From Candidatus Woesearchaeota archaeon (GTDB lineage Archaea; Nanobdellota; Nanobdellia; SCGC-AAA011-G17; ARS1403): 42,027 bases of DNA. This document shows, piece by piece, positions 26,044-33,788 of the stretch. The translations under genes were made by a program, and so were the position numbers. The stretch is taken from positions 1 to 42,027 of the forward strand of contig CAYIWL010000002.1 of assembly GCA_964367085.1 (NCBI GenBank), read 5' to 3'. Every line of letters starts with the position of its first letter. The stretch's first letter is position 1. The notes beneath the pieces were generated by a model. It did no database searches, was not told where the DNA came from, and was given only the letters and a program-made list of their open reading frames with translations.

Positions 26044-26187
26044 TTAGTTTTCTCCGTCTAATATTTTTATTTTTAATTCTACTAAGTTACTTGGCTTTAT
26101 TTTATTTTGCAAAACCTTCGGCAATATAATTATTGAATTATTTCCTTGTTTTGCTACTTTCTTTGTTATTGTAAATTCTTGTTTCAT
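26044..26187 (-). CDS. small AbrB/SpoVT-like DNA-binding protein (not in the ORF track, 47 aa)
   Basis: My translation: MKQEFTITKKVAKQGNNSIIILPKVLQNKIKPSNLVELKIKILDGEN*. The GNNSIIILPK core resembles the AbrB/MazE looped hinge. The stop lies 1 nt before the next ATG. Confidence 0.5.
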   Translation of the reverse strand: MKQEFTITKKVAKQGNNSIIILPKVLQNKIKPSNLVELKIKILDGEN

Positions 26188-26194
26188 TTTTGTG

Positions 26195-26551
26195 TTAAAA
26201 TAAAATCGGTATTCTATCTCCATATTTACGCTTCATCTCAGAAATATTTTCTGCAATATCTAACTTTAATTGTTTTGCATGCATTTTAGCATAACGCAAC
26301 CAATCACGTGCAGCACCTCTATCTCCATTTTCATAAAAATGCTCTGCGAATTGAAGTGCTACTTCTACACCAATTCGATGTGAAGTCTTTTGAATATCTT
26401 GTAAGGTAGATTCAGATCTTCCAAAAGAATTATCGGTTTCCGTGCAAAAATCCTCAACTATAGATCGTAAACCGGATTGTGCCAATTCTATAGTACCATG
26501 TTCAGCTAATGCGTAACAATGCTCTATCTTTGATTTAATATCCGATTTCAT
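26195..26551 (-). CDS. hypothetical helical (TPR-like) protein
   Basis: The ORF track starts at a TTG (26569). The ATG at 26551 (MKSDIKSK..) sits 2 nt after the stop of the upstream reading frame and is the more likely start. Confidence 0.5.
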   Translation of the reverse strand: MKSDIKSKIEHCYALAEHGTIELAQSGLRSIVEDFCTETDNSFGRSESTLQDIQKTSHRIGVEVALQFAEHFYENGDRGAARDWLRYAKMHAKQLKLDIAENISEMKRKYGDRIPILF

Positions 26552-26553
26552 TT

Positions 26554-27350
26554 TTAAAACAACCCGCAATTGTGATATATTGTTTTTAAATTTCCTTGCT
26601 CGTCTCTTATTATCTCTCTTACTTCATTAAAATTTTCATTTGAACAATATGCAGGAAGATAATTAAAAAATGATAATGTTGCGTCAGTTATCCATGGGTG
26701 CTTTAGTTTTGTTTCTATTCCTGAATGCCCAGCTCCAAATAACAGGCCAGCTTTAACCTTTTGGTTTTCTTTTTTATGTTTAGGAACTAAATATTGTGAA
26801 GTTTTTTTGCTATAGCCGCATCCCTTAGACTTGTTTCAGGACTCAAGAGAGGTAAATTTGATTTAGTATTGTAGTAATTTACAATGGGCGATATTTCTGA
26901 TTCCCCAGAATTGACAAGCATAGCTATATCGCTTGTTAAAAATGTTCCGACAATTCCTTTTAAGAAAGCTCTTCTTGATGGGTTTTTCGACAATTCTCTT
27001 ATTGAAGATTCTATTAGTCCTATCCCAACAGGAATAGGAATCGAATCCAATATCCTATAGGGCAATTGAGGTATATCAATAATAGACTGAGTAATATCCA
27101 CTCCGTATACTTTTGTCTCCGGACTTTCAGTTTTCAACTTTCTAAAAAGACCACTATATTGTCTATGTGTTGATAATTCATTTTCTAAGAAAGATTTGTC
27201 ACTGTGGTCCTCTTCATAGCCATCTTCAAACACAAAAAAGTCCAAATCAGAAAGATCTACGTTTCTAAAGATTGGCTCGCTCGATGTTAAATGATTTCCC
27301 AAACCTAAATAATACACTGCATCATCCGTTTCAAAAGTTCTAAGCGCCAT
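26554..27350 (-). pseudogene. TIKI/TraB/GumN-superfamily-like protein interrupted by a frameshift in an A7 run
   Basis: Frame 1 (187 aa) has GLGNH..FVFEDGY.. and ends ..LRDAAIAKKLHNI*. A Met-less frame continues ..VPKHKKENQKVKAGLLFGAGHSGIETKL.. to a stop at 26554. Adding one A to the A7 run (T7 on the + strand, 26802-26808) fuses them. Two GxxH motifs plus E and RD fit the TIKI/TraB superfamily; this call is tentative. Confidence 0.5.
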
Positions 27351-27353
27351 TTT

Positions 27354-28022
27354 CTAAACATAATCCTCCAAAGTTTCATAATTTCTTATTGGAATCGGTT
27401 CTGGAACAGGTTGAGGAATCCAGTCTCTTGCTCTTTCTCCTAATTCTGCTACTTTTTCTTTTGCTTTTTCATATGCTGTTTTCCAGAAAGGTTGTTTTTG
27501 CAATAGTTTAGGATCTCTCTCTTTTAGATACATTGAAGATGCAAGTCCTAAATAACCAAGACCTAATTCTGCTAGATCTGCTGTTTCTGCTGGCATTGGC
27601 TCCCCGTTGAAAAAGGAATTATAAATATCATAACCTACTTTTCCTAATAAGCCAACAGCTGATACAAGAAGTGGCAATCTTACAATTGGATTGGTGTATG
27701 TAGAAGGAAGAGAATCTCTAACCCTTATTTTGTTGTCTATATTCTCATCTCCTACCATGCCTGCTAAACCAAGTAAATTACGACCTGTATCCAGTCCACC
27801 AAAAGCACCTACTACCAATTCTAATTCTTGTAAATTTAATGGAGTTGATGCTGTGCCTGTAAGAATAATACCCGGAAGCCCAACAGCAGAACTTAAATGA
27901 TAAATATTCCTCCCTTTATCTTCCCATTTTTTAGCTATTTTACTGTATTGCCTTAAAACTTCTCTGTCTATAGCTTTAACAAATTTTACAGGCTTTGAGT
28001 TTAATAATGAATCAAGTGTCAT
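27354..28022 (-). CDS. hypothetical membrane protein with Gly-rich hydrophobic segments
   Basis: 222 aa. AVGLPGIILTGTAS, LVVGAFGGLDTG, LLVSAVGLLGKVG, LGLGYLGLASSMY. Confidence 0.5.
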   Translation of the reverse strand: MTLDSLLNSKPVKFVKAIDREVLRQYSKIAKKWEDKGRNIYHLSSAVGLPGIILTGTASTPLNLQELELVVGAFGGLDTGRNLLGLAGMVGDENIDNKIRVRDSLPSTYTNPIVRLPLLVSAVGLLGKVGYDIYNSFFNGEPMPAETADLAELGLGYLGLASSMYLKERDPKLLQKQPFWKTAYEKAKEKVAELGERARDWIPQPVPEPIPIRNYETLEDYV

Positions 28023-28024
28023 TT

Positions 28025-28207
28025 TTATCTTATGTAAATATCCAAGATTCTTCCGGCTAAATCCCTCTGCAATCTCTTTGGCATTTTAGCGTCTTCGTTT
28101 TCAACTTGGTCTTTTGTCCTTTTCTCTATTTCTTCTCTAACTACTTCCTGATCTTTTGATTGGACTCCTCTTGGAGCGCTGTTGTAATATGATGTTCTTA
28201 CGTTCAT
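28025..28207 (-). CDS. small charged hypothetical protein, first ORF of the operon
   Basis: 60-aa ORF with a 2-nt gap to the next gene. Confidence 0.35.
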   Translation of the reverse strand: MNVRTSYYNSAPRGVQSKDQEVVREEIEKRTKDQVENEDAKMPKRLQRDLAGRILDIYIR

Positions 28208-28356
28208 CTTTGTCCTCTCATAAATTTTGTTTTGTTATAATTTTGCTATAATAACTGTATATAAAGCTTTCGATTTTATACTACTTGAAAGTGGCTATAA
28301 TATGTTAAAGATAAATTAATTTCAGATGAAACCAGATAATAGGTTCAAATGAAAAG

Positions 28357-28374
28357 GTAGTATCCTGAAATTAT
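28357..28374 (+). repeat. solo IS end: 18/18-nt identity with the right terminal inverted repeat of the IS at 40610-41552
   Basis: GTAGTATCCTGAAATTAT equals the reverse complement of 41535-41552. It carries the three IRR-specific bases that distinguish IRR from IRL. A weaker opposite-facing copy (AAATTAATTTCAG) lies at ~28312-28324. Confidence 0.6.
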
Positions 28375-28462
28375 ATTATCCCAAAATGTTAGTTTTCCAA
28401 TGGGTCTTGCAGGTTATTTGTAGCAGAAAAGTTTATATATTGCAAATGTTTACAAATGTAAT

Positions 28463-28948
28463 ATGCTTGTCTCAAATACCTCAACTTTAATTTTGCTTGG
28501 GAAAGTTAATATGCTCTCTGCCATGTTAGATAATGTTAAAGAAATTGCAATTCCAAAAGTGGTTTACCATGAAATCAGAAAGAAAGATTCGTTCGAGGTT
28601 TTAACAATAAATAGAGAGGTTAAAAAAGGAAGAATTAAAGTTTTTGACATTGACAAGAAAGACTATGCAGGCATTATTAGGGAGTTTAAATTGGATGATG
28701 GGGAAGCAGCGGCTTATGCTTTGCTTAAGAAAATTAAAGGTAAAGCTATATTAACTGACGATGGAGAATTGATAAAATTGTGCAAGATTGATGGAGTTAG
28801 TTTCATGATATCGATGGCAGTCGTAGTTAAGATGTTTAAGAATAATAAGTTGAATAAAAGTGAAGCAATAGAAAAATTAGATAAATTGTATGATTATGGT
28901 AGGTACTCTGAAGAAATATACCGGTTTTTTAGATCGGAGGTGAGCTAA
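28463..28948 (+). CDS. PIN-like DUF3368-family protein (toxin-like)
   Basis: MLVSNTSTLILLGKVNMLSAML..IAIPKVVYHEI, GEAAAYALL, ILTDDGELIKLC: the COG2405/DUF3368 pattern. Confidence 0.7.
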   Translation: MLVSNTSTLILLGKVNMLSAMLDNVKEIAIPKVVYHEIRKKDSFEVLTINREVKKGRIKVFDIDKKDYAGIIREFKLDDGEAAAYALLKKIKGKAILTDDGELIKLCKIDGVSFMISMAVVVKMFKNNKLNKSEAIEKLDKLYDYGRYSEEIYRFFRSEVS

Positions 28949-28949
28949 A

Positions 28950-29237
28950 ATGGAAACTATATCAATAAGAATGGGAAAACTCAAAGAATTGGATTATCTT
29001 AGTAAATTATTGCATGAAAACAGGTCTGCAATTGTTAGAGATCTTTTAGAGGAAGGAAAAAAGATGAAAGCCATGAATTTGTACAAAAATAAAAAAATAA
29101 GCTTGGGACTGGGAGCTAAACTGGCAGGGTTAAATTTAAGTGATTTTTTGGATTTGCTAGAAGAGCACAACGTAAAGCTAAATCTAACTTTAGATGATGC
29201 CAAAATAGCTATGAAAAATGCAGACATCCTCCTGTAA
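28950..29237 (+). CDS. UPF0175-family antitoxin-like protein
   Basis: NLYKNKKISLGLGAKLAGLNLSDFLDLLEEHNV matches the UPF0175 core. It lies downstream of the PIN gene, the reverse of the usual order. Confidence 0.65.
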   Translation: METISIRMGKLKELDYLSKLLHENRSAIVRDLLEEGKKMKAMNLYKNKKISLGLGAKLAGLNLSDFLDLLEEHNVKLNLTLDDAKIAMKNADILL

Positions 29238-29332
29238 TCTGATGTACTTGTACAGGTAACCATAAAATATCAAATCTCTATTATAGCTTAAGTTCCACAA
29301 GGTTATTATAACTATCCATCAAAGTTATTTAA

Positions 29333-31159
29333 ATGAAAATCCTGTTTCCTTATGAGAAGATTAGAGAGGTACAAAGTGACTTTATTAATGATGTTGCTAA
29401 AGCTGTTGGGCAGAAAAAACATTTGATTATGCATGCGCCTACTGGAATTGGAAAAACAGCTGGAGTGTTGAGTGCAGTTGTACCTCAGATTCTTGACAAG
29501 GATATGACTTTGTTCTTTTTGACTTCCAGGCATACGCAGCACAGAATTGCTGTTGAAACCCTTAAAGAAATTAGGAAAAAACATGGAGTGAACTTAAACG
29601 TTGTTGACTTGATTGGCAAGAGAAATATGTGCAGCCAGTTTGGCGCTGAGGCAATGGGAAGTCAATTCTATGATTTTTGCAAAACCATTGTTGAGAAAAA
29701 GGAGTGTGAATTTTATGAAAATACTTATAGTGACATAGGATTTAGTTTTGAAACAAGAAAGTTTTTGGAAGGAAGTAAAGATGTACTCCACGTTGAGGAA
29801 TTTCTTGATATTGCAAGGAAAACAAAACTATGTCCATATGAGCTTGCTATACTAAAATCTAAGAAAGCAAATGTTGTTATTGCCGATTATAGCTATGTGT
29901 TCAACCCTAGTATAAGGGAGGCATTTTTCAGGAAGAGCAATAAATTTCTGGAAAAAAGTGTGATTATTGTCGATGAAGCCCATAATCTACCCGGGAGATT
30001 GAGGGATATGATGAGTTCAAGTATTAGTGCATATGTTCTTGAGCAGGCGCTGAGAGAAGCTAAAGTTTATCCTGGGGCGTTAAGTATTTTGCAAAAAATC
30101 AAAGAAAGATTTGACGACATATGTGATGTTGAGAATGAAAGATTAGTTAGAAAAGACGAGTTTATTTTTGAAGGTGTTTCTGAATTTCTTCCTGTTCTTG
30201 ATATGATCTCTGAAGACTTACTCGAGAAAAAAAAGAGGAGTTTTACTGCAAGTGTTTCTGAATTCCTGAAGATGTGGCCCGGGGATGATAATGGGCATGC
30301 TAGATATGTTGAGAAAACTGTTTTTAAAGGGAGAGATAATTTCAAGCTGAATTACAAATGCCTTGATCCTAGTTTTTTGATGAGTGAGGTTATTGATAAA
30401 AGCTTGATTGTATTGATGTCTGGAACTTTAATGCCGCTGGAAATGTATCGTGACCTTCTCGGATTTAAAAATGAAAACGTTGAGCTGAAAGAATATGCAA
30501 ATCCTTTTCCTATGGAGAATAGATTGAATATGATTGTGCCTGAGACGACTACAAAGTATACAAAGAGGAGCAATGAAATGTTCAAACTTATTGCTAGAAA
30601 ATGCAGCGAGTTTTGCACTGCTATTCCCGGAAACATTTTAGTTCTTTTTCCAAGTTATGAAATCATGAAAGTTGTCAGTGAAAGTTTTTCTGTTGCCGGC
30701 AAGAGTGTTTTTAAGGAAATACAAGGAATGAATAAAGAAGATAAAGAGGAGATGCTAAAAAAATTTAAAGGATATAAAAACAGCGGGGCTGTACTTTTCG
30801 GGGTTGCTGGCGCGAACTTTTCTGAAGGAATTGATCTGCCGGGAGATGAGTTGAACGGGGTGATTATTGTTGGCCTTCCGCTGTCCCGTCCGGATTTGGA
30901 AACTAAAAGCCTGATAGAGTATTATGACCAGAGATTTAACAAGGGATGGGATTATGGATATATCTTTCCTGCCATGAAGAAAGTTGTGCAAGGAGCTGGA
31001 AGATGTATTAGAAGTGAGAAGGATAAAGGTGTGATTATTTTTTTAGATGAGAGATATAGCTTGGGGAATTATTTAAGATGCTTTCCTAAAGATTACAATG
31101 TGAAGATAACTAAACTTCCTGAGGAGCATATTAAAAAGTTTTTTGAGAACAAGGATTAG
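29333..31159 (+). CDS. xpd: XPD/Rad3-family 5'-3' DNA helicase with 4Fe-4S cluster domain
   Basis: Walker A HAPTGIGKT, DEAH box VDEAHNL, four Cys (NMC, DFC, KECEFY, LCPYE), C-terminal QGAGRCIRS. Confidence 0.9.
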   Translation: MKILFPYEKIREVQSDFINDVAKAVGQKKHLIMHAPTGIGKTAGVLSAVVPQILDKDMTLFFLTSRHTQHRIAVETLKEIRKKHGVNLNVVDLIGKRNMCSQFGAEAMGSQFYDFCKTIVEKKECEFYENTYSDIGFSFETRKFLEGSKDVLHVEEFLDIARKTKLCPYELAILKSKKANVVIADYSYVFNPSIREAFFRKSNKFLEKSVIIVDEAHNLPGRLRDMMSSSISAYVLEQALREAKVYPGALSILQKIKERFDDICDVENERLVRKDEFIFEGVSEFLPVLDMISEDLLEKKKRSFTASVSEFLKMWPGDDNGHARYVEKTVFKGRDNFKLNYKCLDPSFLMSEVIDKSLIVLMSGTLMPLEMYRDLLGFKNENVELKEYANPFPMENRLNMIVPETTTKYTKRSNEMFKLIARKCSEFCTAIPGNILVLFPSYEIMKVVSESFSVAGKSVFKEIQGMNKEDKEEMLKKFKGYKNSGAVLFGVAGANFSEGIDLPGDELNGVIIVGLPLSRPDLETKSLIEYYDQRFNKGWDYGYIFPAMKKVVQGAGRCIRSEKDKGVIIFLDERYSLGNYLRCFPKDYNVKITKLPEEHIKKFFENKD

Positions 31160-32040
31160 TTTTCCATCTCGTCTTCATCAACGTCTCTTTTTCTCATCTG
31201 CTTCTTGTGCTTCTTTGATTTCTTTTTTTGCACTTTTCTTTCTTCTTTGTGTTCTTCTTTCTTTATTACAGGACTTGCAGCAAGCTCTGTTTTTGCTTTC
31301 ATGTCGTCGAAAACCTTGTTTAGATGCTCTTCTTTGATTTCCGATTCCATGTTTTCCACTGCATACCTAAATGCTCTGTCTAATCTTTGCAGCAATCTTC
31401 TTGGATTCTTTGCAGAAAGATGCCATAGTTTTTTAATAATCTCGTCGCTGATAATGTTTGTGTTTCCAATTCTGTTTCTCACTAATGCGATTGCCTGATC
31501 ATCTGTCAGGTCTTTTATCTTCTGCAGGCCGTCATGACCAATTCTTTCTTTTATGCTATCATGAAGGTTTGTGTTACTATAATCTGTTCCTGTAAAAACA
31601 ACTGATTTTATATTTCCCTGGTCAAAGAAATATTTGATGCGCTCGGTGTTTACTGCTGACAGTTGCTGAGATTCGTCAAGCAAAACAATCATTTCTTTTG
31701 GCATCATTCCAAACAATTTCCCCCAGAACCCATATTTTCCTTTCAGCAGATCTTCGACGTTTAGTTCGGTGTCTATTCTGTTGCAGGAGAAATAAATAAC
31801 TTTTCCACGACCGCGGAACTTGGCAATTAGGTTTTTCATTATCGTAGTTTTTCCTGTTCCCAGCTTTCCTTCTATAAATGACATTGTTCCTGCTGGGATT
31901 TTATAATATAAATCTTCCAAAATCTGATCTTGGCCAAACACCTTATTATCAAACGGTGCCGGCTTTATTGTAAATGGGTTTGTGTAAAATCCAAGCTTTC
32001 TCCACCACATTGTTTCTTGCTCTTCTTGTTCATCTTCCAT
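31156..32040 (-). CDS. AAA+ ATPase, ExeA/ORC-like (AAA_22-type), with a poly-charged C-terminal tail
   Basis: LGFYTNPFTIKPAPFDNKVFGQDQILEDL.. then Walker A GKLGTGKTT and Walker B VLLDESQ. Tail: KKEEHKEERKVQKKKSKKHKKQMRKRDVDEDEMEN. The start is set at the ATG at 32040, 1 nt after the upstream stop (the track ORF begins at 32130). Its stop codon overlaps the XPD stop (TTAG). Confidence 0.7.
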   Translation of the reverse strand: MEDEQEEQETMWWRKLGFYTNPFTIKPAPFDNKVFGQDQILEDLYYKIPAGTMSFIEGKLGTGKTTIMKNLIAKFRGRGKVIYFSCNRIDTELNVEDLLKGKYGFWGKLFGMMPKEMIVLLDESQQLSAVNTERIKYFFDQGNIKSVVFTGTDYSNTNLHDSIKERIGHDGLQKIKDLTDDQAIALVRNRIGNTNIISDEIIKKLWHLSAKNPRRLLQRLDRAFRYAVENMESEIKEEHLNKVFDDMKAKTELAASPVIKKEEHKEERKVQKKKSKKHKKQMRKRDVDEDEMEN

Positions 32041-32041
32041 T

Positions 32042-32710
32042 TTATCTTTCTCCTTTTTCCAGGCTCCTGGCTTTTTCCCGAAGTTCTTCTGCTCGTTCAT
32101 ACAACTCTGCTGATGTTTCTTCGTCTCCATCCTCGTGAAATTCCTGAGCTTCCATATGAAGTGCTTCTGCTCGTCTGTAGAATTTTTCAGGGTTTCCTTT
32201 CCTTCTTGAAAAAGCTATTATCAATATTATTACTATTAGAACTGCCGCGGCTATCCCTATAACTTTTAAGTTCCCTTTCAGGATATTTGATATTGCTGCT
32301 GCATCTGGAAGTGTTTTTACATCTGTCTTTTTAGCACCGATTCTTTTTGCTTCCAATGACACAGTCTTATCGCTTGAAGAGATAAATTCAAATGAGAAAT
32401 CAATTTGATTGTCGTCATCAATGTCGATGTCTGCTTTTTTATCTTTTCCCACAACAGTAGCATAATTTGCAGGCATGATTGTCAGTTTGGCTTCGTTTTC
32501 TGAGACAGAATCTGCCTTTACAGTGTATTCTTCTGAATTGAACTGTAGGGTTTTTTCATCACCTTCGGACATTGAGAATTTTACTACGTCTAATTCATCA
32601 AGGTCGACATTTGCAGATAAAACTGCTGGCATTAGGATTAGGAGCAGTAAAAGCACTGCTTTTAGTAATGGTTTCATGACTAGGATGGAATGGAGTTTAT
32701 ATTTAAGCAT
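32042..32710 (-). CDS. type I membrane protein (signal peptide, extracellular domain, one TM segment, acidic helical tail)
   Basis: Signal LLKAVLLLLLILMPAVLSA. TM segment VIGIAAAVLIVIILIIAF followed by SRRKG. Coupled to the ATPase gene. Confidence 0.5.
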   Translation of the reverse strand: MLKYKLHSILVMKPLLKAVLLLLLILMPAVLSANVDLDELDVVKFSMSEGDEKTLQFNSEEYTVKADSVSENEAKLTIMPANYATVVGKDKKADIDIDDDNQIDFSFEFISSSDKTVSLEAKRIGAKKTDVKTLPDAAAISNILKGNLKVIGIAAAVLIVIILIIAFSRRKGNPEKFYRRAEALHMEAQEFHEDGDEETSAELYERAEELREKARSLEKGER

Positions 32711-32770
32711 TATTATACTGTAATGCAGATAAAATAGTAAATAGGTGTAATTGGGAATGAGTGGTTATAT

Positions 32771-32926
32771 CTATTGCTCGTCTTTATGATATAAATCTAG
32801 GGATATTATCTTATCCTCTTCTTTGAGATAAACGTAAGAAAGCCTGAACGGAGAGATATAAACTTCCATTGTTCCTTTTCTAGAATGCCTCATCGTTTTT
32901 CCAATATCTGGAGATTCTAATTTTTT
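32771..32926 (-). pseudogene. ParE/RelE-family toxin relic (C-terminal ~50 aa only)
   Basis: My translation of the open frame: KKLESPDIGKTMRHSRKGTMEVYISPFRLSYVYLKEEDKIISLDLYHKDEQ*. It fits the ..P.IG....G.R....Y.I.Y....D.I.I..I.H toxin C-terminus. No intact N-terminus or antitoxin is present. Confidence 0.35.
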
Positions 32927-32987
32927 CTAAGAAGGAAAGGCAGATGGAAAACGTAGTTGTCCATGTTCATAAAAATTAATTTTGTTT

Positions 32988-33362
32988 TTATTTCTTCTTT
33001 CTCATTTCAAAAGTCGAAGCTAAATCGATTATGTACTTTCCATTTGCCAGCTTGTAGATTAATGGCTCTCTCTGGAATAAATGCCTTATGTCTACTTCAA
33101 ATTTTCCAGGACTAAGTGTGCGAATAGATTCAAAATCAAGAATTACTGGTTTGTCGTCTTCAATACCAATCATCTCAAAGACGTCTTTCTCAAGCTTTTC
33201 TTTGTCCCTTAATGAAAGATTTTCTATCTTTTCTTCGGCTTCTTCAAGATGTTCTTTTCTAATAAAGAAGAAAAATTTGCTACCGCAGCTATTGCACCCG
33301 GTAAGGAGATTCTTTGAACCGTCTTCAAATAATTTATTGCATTTTACGCATTGATGTGGCAT
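32988..33362 (-). CDS. Zn-ribbon protein (DUF2072/COG3364-like)
   Basis: CVKCNKLF..GCNSCGSKFFFF. Third gene of the conserved archaeal GTPase trio. Confidence 0.65.
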   Translation of the reverse strand: MPHQCVKCNKLFEDGSKNLLTGCNSCGSKFFFFIRKEHLEEAEEKIENLSLRDKEKLEKDVFEMIGIEDDKPVILDFESIRTLSPGKFEVDIRHLFQREPLIYKLANGKYIIDLASTFEMRKKK

Positions 33363-33407
33363 AGTTATTTTTGTGTCTAATACTTTATCTTGCTGTTTTT
33401 TAGCTAA

Positions 33408-33788
33408 CTAGCGTCCTCTGCTGGATAAAAACAACTGAATCCTGTTAGGATCTTTCCTTATTTCTCTTACTATATTTGCAGGCCCGATTATAGTCAAACC
33501 GCGTCTTCTTCCGAAAATAGTTTCTATGAATAACTGCTTTAATCTATCTTGAATCTGCTTGCTGTTTTTTTCTAATGGATTAAATGAAGTGATTTCCACA
33601 CCTTTAAATTTGCTATCAATGATTTCCATGGTCTCTTCTATTAAGTCTGCTTCTTCTTGGGGTGTTAGAGTTCCTTCCATTAAAACCAGCTTGTTCTGCT
33701 TAACTATCTTGATTAGCTTTTGTATTTTTCTTTCTGAATCCAAACCAGAAACTTCTTCAAATGGAACATATTGCATTGTCAATGGCAT
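33408..33788 (-). CDS. DUF2073-like archaeal conserved protein
   Basis: 126 aa. Its start abuts the GTPase stop. Position and size fit the archaeal GTPase-DUF2073-Zn-ribbon cluster. Confidence 0.6.
   Translation of the reverse strand: MPLTMQYVPFEEVSGLDSERKIQKLIKIVKQNKLVLMEGTLTPQEEADLIEETMEIIDSKFKGVEITSFNPLEKNSKQIQDRLKQLFIETIFGRRRGLTIIGPANIVREIRKDPNRIQLFLSSRGR

Noticed and set aside
28338-28356. tRNA-like T-arm motif GGTTCAAAT.
   Set aside because: It is not followed by the CC of the T-loop closing stem. No acceptor stem or anticodon arm can be drawn from the flanks. I found no convincing tRNA elsewhere.
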